Counted from the first letter of the whole stretch, positions 35,601 to 49,099 are shown. The stretch is 63,999 nt of DNA, filler included, from Globobulimina sp. (GCA_003354225.1; 7 parts of 7 records of this genome joined end to end with filler, not necessarily neighbours in it); one strand, 5' to 3'. The notes: a model not told the origin generated them from the sequence alone. Numbers and translations: made by a program.

Positions 35601-37714
35601 GCCATTCGATTATTTCGCGGGCAAACTCAAAATGAGATTTATGAGTTCCTGACGGAGAGAATTGAACCGGCTCCATTTGCCTCATTGAAATTGAACTATT
35701 CCGTTTATTACCGCTTATTGAACGAATTGGATATGTTTTATTTGCCATTTGCTGCGTTTACGCGAGTCGTATACAACGGAGCCGTGATAACAAAAGATGA
35801 GAAGTCGAGTTTTAAGGATCCGGTCAAAGATTACAATAAGTTATATGCTCGGAAACATGCCAGCAAATCCAACTTATTTCGGCATGGCCGGTATGCGACG
35901 ATCGTGCACTTAGAAGAAGGCATTCCTTTATTGCAGGAAATGTGCGTCAAACATCGCATAAAATATAGATTACAGTTTCGATTTCGACCCGTTCGACCCG
36001 ACAAACAAAGCAATATTCGGGATATGAATGTTAATTTCAATGTGTTGCAAGCTGCTTTTTCTGATTTGGAGATAAATGGACATACTTTCAATGAGATAAT
36101 GGACAATGAATTTGAATTAATCTCTCAATCGGTTGCATTGGCGGAGAGAGCAGACATTGTGGCCTCTGAAGTCATGAAAGTGTTCGAAGAGATAAAAAAC
36201 GAATATTTGCAACAAAAACAGCCATTGTTGGAAGACATGAGCTGCGATGCACTATTTGTGGTATTTAAGGATATCATGTCTCGGAATTGCAGGCAGCGGA
36301 AACAGCGAAAAGAACGCCGAAAGTCTGAGAAATATGTGTGGCAATTTGTGGATTTGGAGGTGAAAAAAATAAAAAAGGAAATGATTTATTTGAATATTGC
36401 GGGTTGTGTCCATTTCGAAGTGCTGAATGGCGAAAACATATGGAATTACAAGTTAATGTGTTGTGTGATGGACGAAGATCCGGATAAATGGATCTGTGTT
36501 GATAAGGGACGGTATCACGTCGACTTAGACTGCGTGGTTGCGGCCGGCGAACAGGTTAAAATCTCGTCGTATGCCGCCATGCCAAAAGGAAGGAACAAAT
36601 TGAAAAAGTTCCATCGCAATGTCTGGCTTTTTCGCTCATTGCATTTGAAAGAAAACAGCAAATTAGAAATACAGCCCTTTGGCTATGACTTTATATTAAA
36701 TAAAGAGGAGAAGGATAAGGAGGCGGAGGAGAAGGAGGAAGAGAATGATTATGATTTTTATGAGGCTGAGATGAAGGAACTCGGCGATAACAAAGAATTT
36801 AAGTTTGGCAGTATTCGCATTTTTGCGTATGACAGCATTGTAATTAAAGAGGGCTCCAAGATTACGGTGAATGGCAAAGGAATGTTTGGTTCGCCATTGA
36901 CGGCGGCGATAAATATTGGGAGTGGCGGCCGGGTGCAATGGACCAATGGCAAATGTAAGAAGAGCAAAAACGAGAATGTGTTCAGTGGTGCCGTGGATGT
37001 GTTTAGTGGCGGCGGCTATGGCCCAGTCGGCGGCGGCGTCATTGATGAGAGCAAAGATGGACAATATGAGAGGAAACGGGGCAATGCGCCGTAATATTGT
37101 TTGGCGGCGACGTGTATGGCGAGAAGGAGTTAGATACTTTGTATTATGGCTCCAGTGGCGGCAAAGGCTGCGTCGAGAGCAATGATACCAATTATTATCA
37201 AACGAGTGACCGCGGCGGCGGTATTATCGAATTGATTGCACATAAAATCGTCATAAAAAAGAATGGCAAGATTACGGCCAATGGAAAAGTGGGCAAACCG
37301 GGCGGCAAATGGTTTAGTGCGGGTTCTGGCGGTTCCATTAAAATAAAATGCAAACAATTTGAACATGATGGCTTTATACAGGCGGTTGGTGGCAGATTGC
37401 CTTTGTCCGCCAACACCAATGAAAGGGACAAAGATGGCAACACAAAAATCGATAAACATTATCAACCAATCCATGGCGATGGAGGGAGTGGAAGAATTGC
37501 AATTTATTTTGATGAGTATTTGTCAAAAAATGATTTGAATGACAGTGAGTTTGTGGAGCCGGCGCCTTATGTCGATAACACTGCAAAATGTAACAAATCG
37601 AGACTTCCTCAGTGGAACAGACATGCTTCGAATAATAAAAATGAAGCATTCCAAGTTCCTCAAATCAAACCTAAGAGTGGTGCTGGACAGCAAGTCGTCT
37701 TTTCTTTATTGTAA
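29689..37714 (+). CDS. Giant (~2,670 aa) protein: zinc finger, four SAM-like repeats, Cys/His domain, ADP-ribosyltransferase-like domain and Gly-rich C-terminal domain; 1-nt frameshifts at ~32870 and ~37069
   Basis: Three ORFs join with one added base each, and the first join restores a repeat unit. ART-like VFHG...FHGPISTTT...SRFEYEKEVLL; GGGYG..GGDVYG..YGSSGG..GGGIIEL tail. Confidence 0.75.
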
Positions 37715-37797
37715 CTTATATTTTTATTTCCTTTTTTTTGTTGAATTTCTTTTTTTTGTTGAATTTTTATTTTAAATTTGTTTTAGTACTGTTATCC

Positions 37798-37897
37798 NNN
37801 NNNNNNNNNNNNNNNNNNNNNNNNNNNNNNNNNNNNNNNNNTTAATTAATTAANNNNNNNNNNNNNNNNNNNNNNNNNNNNNNNNNNNNNNNNNNNN
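37798..37897. other. Artificial contig spacer
   Basis: N44-TTAATTAATTAA-N44. Confidence 0.98.
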
Positions 37898-38403
37898 TTA
37901 TATTATACACAGTCAGCTTGCAATTGCCAACATTACACGAAACAATGCATAGCAGCAACAGTTAAGTATAACTCATGACACATCAGACATTTTCGTAATG
38001 TTTTTGTTCCTTCAACGAAAAATGTATACTGTACATTACAGCCGAATTCAATGAGGATATCATTCAAAATACATTGGAATCAGTTATGTTATTTTAGTGT
38101 TTTTTTGTGTTTTGTGCATTTTCTGAGGTTGCCATGGTTTGAATGTTCGACGAAAATGTTTTTTCCAAAGTAAGATAACTAAAAAAAAACACTTTTCAGT
38201 GTAGACCATGTCAACCCTGGTAACATAGACAAAAACAAACAACCACTTAACACCATACCTTATATTTACAGGCTGCCGATCGTAAGCAGCTGAATCTGAG
38301 TTTAGTTTCCAAAAAATATTATTACTAATCAACATAAGAAATAACAAAAAAAATCAAAATAGGTTTGACACCAAACAGAAAACCAAATTCCGCAGAACAA
38401 TCC

Positions 38404-41400
38404 ATGCTAAATTTAGTGCCATCACCACTGAAATCACTAAAACCAATCAATGACAAAAAACGCAAACGTGATGAATTAGTAACCACTGTGAATAATTTTA
38501 CATCCAATGGCCATACCAATCCAACCAAAAAAAGGAAAACCAGCAATCATTCCCTTCCTTCATCACTCACAATTACACACACACCAAATCACTCAGATAA
38601 TCCTTACAAATATCTTAAAAACAAAGTTATGCAAATTCATGAAATTTCACATCAAAAAAAAACCAATTTCCATGCATAACATCCCAATGAAATTTACTTG
38701 TACATTATTTTAATTTTAATTTGCTTTTTTTCATTAAAATCAAAAAAAAAATAATAAATACGAATAACGATCTGATTTGTATACAAATACTTAGTCGAAG
38801 AACACTGCAAATTTTATGGATGAATGTCACATCGGTCTCAATGACTGGCCCTCGAATCTAGACCGGCTCCATAACCACAATCCCAAGCATAACAGTGAGA
38901 GTCGACCACAGTTCCTCTTACCATCCAACACTTCATCTCTATCCCACTCCCAATCCCATAACTCATCCATAGCCAATTCACCGCAATGCAGTCACAAATC
39001 CAAGCACAAACATCGTAGAAACCATAGCAAATCCAACAAAAAAAGCAAACACGGCCACAATATCACCGCCACCAAAGCTAAAGACATGAATGATGTGTTA
39101 TTGTCGCAGTTAATGAGCGGTATAGAGGAAGACATGGGTCTACCAATCCACATTCTAGCCACCATCAAACAGGAACTAATCAACAACAACCCGCGCAACT
39201 TCCAACTGTTTAGTCACCCATTCCGTATTTGCGCTCGCTCCCTTTGCTTTTCATGGTGCCAGGATAGCGCAGTTCGACCTATACTAAAAAAACGAAACTG
39301 AATGTGTATAATCCTTGCACTCCCAATACAACATAACCTAACCCATACACTGCAATACATAGATTTTTGCAGGGAATGTCGCTATGCTCCATCGGCATCA
39401 TCAAACCGGACCAATTCGTCAATATGATGTCGCCGCTATTTGTCGGGAACAAGAAGTTGAAATTAGTGCTCCACCAATTACGCACCATCCTGCATATCCC
39501 GTTGCATTACTTCCATTCCACGCCGCTCTACGCGCCCTTTCTCAGCGACCTATCCACGTGCGATAAGAACATGAATCTCTCCTTACGCGCCACCGCCGAG
39601 CAATACTCTCAGATCGTCGACTTCAACAACGCCGGCACCAAAATCAGAATGAACCCCTATTTATCCAACAAAACACCCTCGGTTTCACCCAAGAAAAGCA
39701 CCCAAAACTCCACGCTGAGCAGCAGCAAATCCGCGAGCGTCTCTGCCAACTTTAAAGCCGCCATGATAGGCAGTGGCAGTGTGTCGTACCGACAGAACCC
39801 ACACTATAAAAAGAATATGCTCTGTTCCAGCAAACAGGCCTTCCATTTGCGTGTAATTAACGACGAATATGCCTCGCGTAGTACCGGTGCGGAAAATAAC
39901 CCTGAAAACGACCATATGACCAATCGGAATAAACACGAAATCGAATTGAACGACAAAGAGCATATCATGACACTAGTTACGTACATCGTATATCCCCTTT
40001 GTCTCAACACAGACACATTAAGAATGCAATACATGTACAGGGGGACTATTACGTCGAACAGAACAGCCACGCCATACAATGCTTAAAACGCTTAGAATCG
40101 CGCATTTTGTATCTGTACAAAGAATATAAGAAGTTATTTATCATTCGCGATGACTATGACTCGCTGGACAGCAACGACGATGACAAAAACACTGTTGTCG
40201 ATGAAACGAATTTGCATTTCTATGACTCGGACACTTACACCACAGTCACTGAAGAGGCTCACACGGACAGCGATATCAGCCTCGACGACGATAATCATAG
40301 CACCACCTCCGAGCCCTTGCGGCATAGAAATAACCGCAACAGCAACAGCAACGTCACTGTAGGCGGACATGTAAGCAGCTCGCCACGCAGTGTAAACATA
40401 CCCTTTCCGCGCAAATCCACCTCGATGGGCGGCCTCAACACTATCCCCTCCATACCCGAACACAAGTCGATGATGGAAAATAATGACTCGGATGGTACTG
40501 TAATGACCGCGCGCTCCGACGGACGCTTATCTTTTCCCAAAGTGCCGTCACGAGCTAGGCCGAAGCGCATAATTACAATCGCTCCCAAACCGGTGCCCAA
40601 ACCCAAAGCGAAGCGCAGATTACGCCGCAAACGCAACCTACAAAAGACAGAAACGGATAAAAAGTACGTCCTCAGCCGCATTTATGCCGATATTGACATG
40701 GATTACTATCTCACGCCGGTGTGCTGGAGTGCGCTGCGGAGATTATATGAGGAACATTTTGATTCTGTTCGTGCGGCGTTTAAAAACAACCCGTTATCTG
40801 CGATCAACGTAGTTTTGCCGCGGTTGCAGCGCAAACAGAAAGAATGGTCGTCGAACCGGAAGATTGCGCAGGAGATTTACCGTGATGTGGCTACGCGAAA
40901 TTGCATGAAGGCGCTAGATTGGCAGCCGAAGTATAAGCGGCTGGATAAGACGCGATTGAGCCACAATGAGTTGTGGCGGGAACTGATTACCGCGCAAAGT
41001 GTATTGAATCCGCAGTATGCGGTGATTCTCGAAGGGGAGCGGCAGAAACGCAGTGGTTTGAAGGATGCGCAGCGGGAACAGTTTAACAAACCGTACTCGC
41101 CCATGGACGGTGCGAGCAGTATTAAGCCGACACGGTTGATTCGGCAACATTTCACACCGAAAGTAGCGACCAATTCCACCATTGCGATTGCGCGGAGATT
41201 AGAGGGGAAACATAAGCACAAAAATAGCCACAATCGCACGCGGAAAGACAGTGTGAATGATGTGATGGATGTGGATGGAGAGAGCGATGAAGATATCAAG
41301 ATGGCGGATGGTGGGAATGCCAATCATAAAAAGCATAAATTTGATTTCCGAATGAATATATACTATAATTACGGCTTGCGGTTCGATTTAAAGAACAATG

Positions 41401-44279
41401 ATTTTGAGAGCGTGATAAATTTACCGTTGACGTCGCACGAACATTGTTGGAATGTAATTGTTCAATATCTGAGTACGGAGAACAAGCACAAAAAGATCAA
41501 GGACCAGATGTTGGAGGATGTGATTAAGTTTTATAGCAATTTTCTATTTTTGCTGTTTGAGTTTGATATATTTCACGAGGAGTTGTTGCCGAGTAAAATC
41601 TTCGAGAAGTTGTCGTTCAAAATGAATGAAAACATGCTGACTGAGGCCGGTGGCGTTGGCAGTGATGAATCGGTGGTGAAGTTTGATGATTTGTGTAAGT
41701 TGAAATACATTGGATTGAATATTGGAGAGTTGCGGTTTAAGCCTTTGGTATTTGATTATGAATATTTTGGGAAAGATATCGATTTAAATAACGTGTTGGA
41801 TGACAATGTCTTGTCGTATCACAATCGAATCTCGCATGTTATCTTTGTAAATCGTGAGATTTATAATATATTGCGATTATATATTCATTTATTTCAACGG
41901 CTGCAGAAAGCGCGCGATTTGTCCACCAATCGGTGGCGATTAAATTTCGATGCACTTAAAAAGGAAGAAAACGAATTGCGGCAAGAAAAGAATGAACGCG
42001 AGTTCTATGGGAAATTGATGGCTTTGATACAAGGACAGATTAAAGATACGGAGTTCGATGCCATTGTGCAGCAATTATTTGGCCCGGAGGGCTATGAATG
42101 TTCCAATATTAAATATTTAATCAAAAACTTATGTGTAAGCATGCAGAATATACTAATTTGTAAGAAAAATAAGCAGAAAAGAAGCGGTAGGAACAAAACC
42201 TGGGAAATTCTCAAATTGTGGCATTTTTATTATGCGAAATGGAAAGAGATCGATGTCAATAACATCAAGCAAAGAATTGCGTTGCTGCGGATTTATTATG
42301 GCGATATTCGTAATATATTAGGCAATAAAGAGTGTGTGGTGATGATTGAATATTTCCTCGATTCCAAAGAGATCGGCGTACAGTTTTTAGGCGAGAACAC
42401 TGCAAAAATGGATAATGATTACGTACAAAGTAATGCTGTCATTCGTAGCTGGCAAACGCCATTAAAACAACACAATTCGTACAAACATGTTCGTAGTGTG
42501 CCGTTTTTGAGAAAAAAACTGGAGAAATTAGAAAAATATCGCATTAAAAAACAAAACAAAAGTAACAATAACTCGAATAATAAGAAATCAGCGTCGTACA
42601 AACGTATTAGTACCACGATTGATAATGTGAGTATGTATATTTTCGAAGCGTATTCCAAGCGAACGAACAGGAAAAAGGGCAAACAAAAAGCGAAAAAGAA
42701 TGAGGATTTATTATTTTTAATGAGACGACAAAACCTTGAAATGAATAATAATAACAATCATAATGACGGTCATGAATATACGTCGGATGATAGCAACCTA
42801 TCCAAATCCAAACGGAAACGCAAACGGAAACACAAAAATAAACAAATAAATGGACATTTGCCATTGAATAATGGCCACATAAGCAACGAACAGAAAACGC
42901 AGGAAAAACAGCCACATAATAACGATAAAAAGAATTTGAGTCTGTGGTACCATCCAAGCAGTTTATTATATTTCCAATCTGTAAATCTATCCAAAGTCAG
43001 CAAAAGAAGCAAACCGTTGCATAAGAATAGAATCTCTGTCTCCAAATACGACAAAAAAGTGAAAAAGTTCAATATTTGGCACGAGAAACGATTTAAAGAT
43101 CTCGAGAGGTCGCAACATTTACATTTGAGTGCCAGCAAAAGCAACAAATACACCTTCTCCCCACACTTAAATGGCAACCATGCCAAAAACAACCTATTCG
43201 GCATCAATACGGACCATTTACTAACCAACAACTCCGCGCTCCGCAGCCATAACAATTCGCCCTATTCCACCAATACGAGCAATATCGTCAACTCTGCATT
43301 GAACAGTATGATGCCGCAAACACAAAACAACGTCTCATCATTGTTACAAGGCACCAACACAAACACCAACATCCAACAACTAATCAACAACAACAACCAA
43401 TTATCCCTCAACAACAGCCAATCCATCAACAACTTATTAATCAACAACATCTCCGCCGACACCTACACCGCCAATGGACAAACTGCGCAAAGCAACGGCA
43501 ATTCTGCCGGCATATACAGCGCCGCTTTGAATGCCAGTAATGGCGGTGTCAATGCCTTGAATATAGCTCAACAGCAAGCCGCCGCACAGCAATATTACGC
43601 CTCCTACAGAAGCACTGCCGATGCAAGCGGAGTGCCGGCAGCGCACAGCCAAGCCAGTAATGTCACGCCCACTCAATACACAGTGACTACGAACTATCCC
43701 TCCGCGTATGCTGCGTATGGACAGTATGCAATGGGCACCACACCGACGGGCTATGTCGCCATACAGCAACAAGGCGTGCCCTCTCACGGGAACACCTCGT
43801 ACGTTATGGATAATAGAACCGGCTCCATCTATGCGGCGATCCCCGCCCCGCAGCATTATGCCACGACTGCCAATGGAATGGGAGTGTATGCCGCCGCTCC
43901 GCAGACGCAGTATGTCAGCATACCCACTGCCAATATGTCGGCCATTGCGCAGCAAGGCATACAGCAAGGGATGCAGCAGCATATTGTGCAGGGTGCGAAT
44001 GGACAGTCTGCGGTGGTTTTGACGCAGAATAATCAGAATAGTGGTAATGCGAATCCATCGCCGGGGAATGGCGGTGGCGCCAATGTGTCGGTGGCGAGCG
44101 GCGGGAATAATACCATGTCGACTCCACCAAATATAACGGTGACGGACAAAGGGAACAATACGGATGGCAGCGGGGGCAATAATAGCAATAATAACGGGAT
44201 GCAGTTGCCTGTGTTGAATGCGGCGGTGAGGAATAATTCGACAGACACGAGTTGTAATAATAAAAGTGATGTAAAATGA
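38404..44279 (+). CDS. SIN3: Sin3-like transcriptional corepressor; introns ~38700-38794, 39208-39362 and 39976-40040; probable homopolymer frameshifts at ~38660 and ~38813
   Basis: PAH-like FQLFLQGMSLCSIGII, HDAC-interaction domain SYR...CS...VINDEYAS...NKHE, AINVVLPRLQRKQKEW, and Sin3_C-like IFVNREIYNILRLYIHLFQRL...EFDAIVQQLFG. Confidence 0.85.
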
Positions 44280-44588
44280 TGGGAATGTTGTTTATTCACA
44301 AATTGTTCCAAATGACTAAATCGAATGAATAATGTTTTTGTTATTTTTGTGTACTGTTTCGTATTTTTTTTAATTAAATATATTTGTGTTGGAAATTGTT
44401 TGTATTTTTCCGTTTTGTTGTTTTATACACGCACTCGAATTTTACTATGCTTTGTTTGCTTTGTCGTTTTTTCTTTTTTTAATGTTAAAATTTAAGATTT
44501 GATTTTTTGTATTAAGTATTTAACGCAATGATTAATATTAAATGATTAACACAGTAAAATTTATGGTTTCACGACTTAAGTTACAACA

Positions 44589-46920
44589 ATGGCGTTCAGC
44601 TTAGCCTTCATTTTAATATTTTTGGTGCTTGTAGGTGCTGATTGGAACAATCCATGCTCATCTGAACCAGTGGCATCATTGCCATTTTGCAACATCTCAT
44701 TAACATTTGAAGAACGAGCATATGATTTAACTTACAATCAAATCCCAAAGCTCACAGATTATTTATTTGCTTATGAAGGTTTAACCGGAAGCGATTCCCT
44801 TGGGATAAAAGCATTGAATATTCCACCATATCAATGGTGGAGTGAAGCACTTCATGGTATTGCAGTCTCTCCCGGAGTCGATTATTATCGCCATGATGCA
44901 ACAATTCATTCCACAACAATGTTCCCTCAAATTATAACAACATCATCCAGTTTCAATGCAACATTATTTCACCAAATCGGGACAGCAATAATCACAGAAG
45001 GACGCGCAATGAATAACCACCATCAAGCTGGCCTTACCTACTGGGCACCAAATATTAATGTGTGTTCATTTAATTTTATATTCATGAATGTTTCTATAAA
45101 TATCAAGTAATCCAATATATACTACAGATATTCAGAGATCCTCGGTAAGTCATCTATGAATTATTTGCGTTATATTTATAATTATATCGTTTAAGGTGGG
45201 GAAGAGGGCAAGAAACGCCCGGCGAAGATCCATTTTTAACATCAGTTTATGCCACAAACTTTGTGCGTGGTATGCAAGGAAACGATGATAAATATTTGAA
45301 AGTAAGTAGCTGTTGCAAACATTTTGCAGATTATTCTATGGAAGATTCAGACGGTTATAACAGACACACTTTCAATGCCCATGTCAGTGAATACGATCAA
45401 AATGATACATATTTAGTTGCTTTTAAATATTGTGTTGTTGCGGCAAATGTGTCGTCCATTATGTGCAGGTTTTGTTCCTTTTATTTGAATAAATTAAACA
45501 TCATTTTAATAATTAATTATGTTTTAGTTACAATGAAGTCAATGGCATCCCGTCGTGTTCAAATAAGGATTTAATTACAAACACACTACGAAACACCTAT
45601 GGTTTTGATGGCTATTTGGTATCAGACTGTGGTGCCGTTAGTAACGTACAGAACACGCATCATTATACAAACACAACTGCGGATACAATAGCTTCTGTGT
45701 TTGCTGCTGGAATGGATATCGATTGCGGTGTTTATACTCAAGTGCATACTGTGGATGCAATCAAATCAAATTCCAATTTGCTGCCGGCCATTCAAGAAGC
45801 AATATATCACGCTTTTTTGGTACAAATGCGATTGGGAATGTTCGATGACAAATCATTAAATCCATGGAATAACTTATCAGCATCGGATGTCTGTTCCAAT
45901 GCAACTTTGACATTATCTCACGAGGCAGCTAAACAAGGCATAGTTTTGGTGAAAAACAGCATCAACGCATTGCCCATTGACATTTCAAAAATAAAAACAG
46001 TTGCTTTAATTGGGCCAAATGCGAAATCCAAAGATGTAATGACTGGAAATTATCGCGGAATTCCGCCATTCATTTACGATGTTTATAGCGGATTTGAAAA
46101 ATATATGGACACAGAAAACATATTTTATGTCAAAGGGTGTGATATTAATTCAAATTCAACGGATGGTATTGCTGCTGCAGTAAATATATCGTCAACTGCA
46201 GACTTAACTGTTTTGGTTATGGGTTTGGATCAAAGTCAAGAGGGCGAGCAATTGGATAGAAACAATATAGCATTGCCAGGCCAACAACATACTTTGATTC
46301 AGCGAGTTGGAAATAATGCAAAATGCACTGTTATATTGGTAATATTAAGTGGAGGTCCTGTGGATATTTATGGTGAGAGAGACAGTTTGTATGTGGATGC
46401 TATATTAATTGGAGGGTATCCCGGAATGTATGGTGGTTTGGCTATTGCTGATGTAATATTTGGTGCTTTCAATCCAACAGCTCGATTGTCGCAAACTTGG
46501 TATTACAATAACTATACGGAGCAGATCAAAATGAGTGACATGAATATGAGAGGTGCTGTTGGCAGAGGCTATAGATATTTCAATGGAAGTGTTGTGTATC
46601 CCTTTGGTGCCGGAATGTCATTTACTAAGTTCAGTTGCGGTGAGTTGAAAGTGTATGATAATGTGTTGGATGTTGAGGTTACGAATGTTGGTCAAATGTC
46701 TGGTGGTGCTGTGGTGTTAGTATATTTTGTGCCGAATAATGCAGGACAGAGTGGAGTGGAATTGAAGAGATTGATTGGATTTGGGAGGATTGATTTGTTG
46801 CAACCAAAGGAAACTGAATTAGTGTCAATGAGAATGTATGCGGAGTTTTATAGTTCAAAAGAACATCAAGATATGAATGGAAAGTATGTATTGAATGGAG
46901 TGTGTGGCACTGGCACATGA
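44589..46920 (+). CDS. Secreted GH3 beta-xylosidase/arabinofuranosidase with three introns
   Basis: Signal peptide; WWSEALHG, GLTYWAPNIN|IFRDPR|WGRGQETPGEDP, CCKHF, YLVSDCGAV and YPFGAGMSFTKF. Confidence 0.93.
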
Positions 46921-47051
46921 CTTAGATTTATTTTGTTTTTGTTTATATTCCATGGGCGTATGAAGTTGTTCAATTTATGTATTATATAACATCACGAATG
47001 TCGATATTTTAATTCTTTAATGAAAGAAATGCATTTAAGTCAGAGGTTGAG

Positions 47052-47222
47052 GTTCTGTCAGCTCTTTTGTGTGTGTTCTGTCTGCTCTTTTCTGTGTGGG
47101 TGGGCTCTGTCTGCTCTTTTGTGTGTGTTCGTCTAACCTAAACTCTAAAAATAATTTTTTTCTGATTGATTGACTCGAACATATGTGTAATCACTTTATG
47201 ACGCCAGAACACACCCCAGACA
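47052..47222. mobile_element. Second, intergenic copy of the foldback element, cut by the contig end
   Basis: Left arm of TCTGTCTGCTCTTT units plus a core of ~75 bp nearly identical to 25875-25948. Confidence 0.85.
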
Positions 47223-47322
47223 NNNNNNNNNNNNNNNNNNNNNNNNNNNNNNNNNNNNNNNNNNNNTTAATTAATTAANNNNNNNNNNNNNNNNNNNNNN
47301 NNNNNNNNNNNNNNNNNNNNNN
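47223..47322. other. Artificial contig spacer
   Basis: N44-TTAATTAATTAA-N44. Confidence 0.98.
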
Positions 47323-47984
47323 CTACGGGTGCGCAATTATTCATCTTGCACAACGTATCCATGCCCATGGCAAACGACAATGGCATGATGCAACAGCAGC
47401 TGCAGCAGCAACAGCAACACCTCCCCGTGCAGGTCACTGCTAACGTCAATATGGTGAACACTATGGCTCGCCATCATGGACAGATAGCATTGCAAAATAA
47501 CGCATTGGCCGCGCAGACAGCCACTGCCAACGCAGCGCGTGTCATCTCGAGCCATATGAATCCGAATCAGTACACACCTGCGACAGCCCAAGCTATTCAG
47601 AATGCGGCGTTGATTCAACAGGCTGCCATGATGCAGCAACAGCAAATGGTTGCGTTGCAACAGCAAGCTCGGATACTGCAACAGCATCAGCAGAGGGCGG
47701 CTGCGGCTGCTGCCCAACAACGAGCTGCCATGGCTGCATCCGGCCAAAAGGAACAAGCTAACCAGTCACAGTCACAACAGCCACAGCCACCGCCTCCGCC
47801 GGGTCCGTTTCTGGGCAGACCACCGCCGCCAAATATGATAAGGCAGCCACCGCCGCCGCCGGGGATGTTCATGCCGGGGATGTATGGGCCGAGGCCACCG
47901 TTTATGGCCCCACCTCCACCGCATCCTATGCTTATGAAGCAGAATAACGGTGGTAATAAAATCGGAAAGAGCAATGAGAATTGA
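47323..47984 (+). CDS. C-terminal fragment of a Gln/Ala/Pro-rich low-complexity protein
   Basis: Frame open from the contig start; polyQ, polyA and PPPPGM repeats; GC-rich coding-like composition. Confidence 0.7.
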
Positions 47985-48137
47985 TGGGAGTAGGAATATT
48001 AATGAATATTAATGACTCTGTGTTGGAGATGTAATATTGTAATAAAGTGATATTTTTTATTTAAAATTAAATTCCACTTGTTTTTTATTAGTAAAATTAA
48101 ATACTTGCTGCTCTAAGAGTCCTCTCTAGTGACTATA

Positions 48138-49094
48138 ATGATATATGAGCTCGCAATAATTGGCACCACTGTTATTGTTCACCAACTTATTCAATTTATA
48201 CAGCATCAAAAGAAAAGACAAGAACCGGCTGTAAGAGATGATGCAATAAATGTGAATGTTGGAAAGTATTTACCAAAATCATATGATAAGAAAACATTAT
48301 CCATTCCTGATAAAGCAAAACAAGCAATAAATGAAGCAATAAGAGACAAATCATTATTATATCCGATGAGTGAGGCACCAATACGTTTATCACAGTCAGA
48401 CATCGAAAACGATTTTGATTTTGGTTGGGGATGGGATGACAAAAATATATTACATATTCATTGCAATACAATATTTCCAAACGCCACGCCAGAAATGATA
48501 AAGTTTTGGTTTATAAACCATGGATCTGGGCGTGGCAAATATGAATGGTATAAATGGTGGCATCCAGGCGATCATTGTCGTGCATGGTGGAGTGACACAC
48601 AAATTCATCCAATGCGCGATAAAAAGAATGGATATGTTGGACATACATCGTATGTGTATGAATATTTATGTAAAGAGTTACCAAACACGGAAATGGATTA
48701 TTTGCGAATACATTTTGTTGATCCAAAAGAATATGGCTTCACCCAAAATATGTTAGATTCAAATGAGAGAGAAATAGTTTGTGCAAGAATTGGTTATTTA
48801 AAATATCAAGTTGAAAGCGGTAAATTTATTCATTATTTTGAGAAATATGGTGATAATTTGGATTCATGTATTATGAAATCAAGATTTTGGATCGGTGAAG
48901 CAAGCGTTGATAAGACATTACCAATACCATTTCGATGGATTATTTCAATATTATTTTCAATTCCTTTCATGAGGAAAATATTAATTCCTGGGGATACTGG
49001 TAAACGTATTTTAACTCACTGTGCAAAGGAAATGAACAATTTAGCGACTTTCTTGCCACAATTATATAATTTGTATCACAAAAACAGCAACTAA
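48138..49094 (+). CDS. PhlG-like (2,4-diacetylphloroglucinol hydrolase family) protein
   Basis: PNATPEMIKFWF..H, YKWWHPGDH, SYVYEY, LRIHFVDPKEYGF, MKSRFWIG and HCAKEMNNLATFLPQLY. Confidence 0.85.
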   Translation: MIYELAIIGTTVIVHQLIQFIQHQKKRQEPAVRDDAINVNVGKYLPKSYDKKTLSIPDKAKQAINEAIRDKSLLYPMSEAPIRLSQSDIENDFDFGWGWDDKNILHIHCNTIFPNATPEMIKFWFINHGSGRGKYEWYKWWHPGDHCRAWWSDTQIHPMRDKKNGYVGHTSYVYEYLCKELPNTEMDYLRIHFVDPKEYGFTQNMLDSNEREIVCARIGYLKYQVESGKFIHYFEKYGDNLDSCIMKSRFWIGEASVDKTLPIPFRWIISILFSIPFMRKILIPGDTGKRILTHCAKEMNNLATFLPQLYNLYHKNSN

Positions 49095-49099
49095 CGTTT

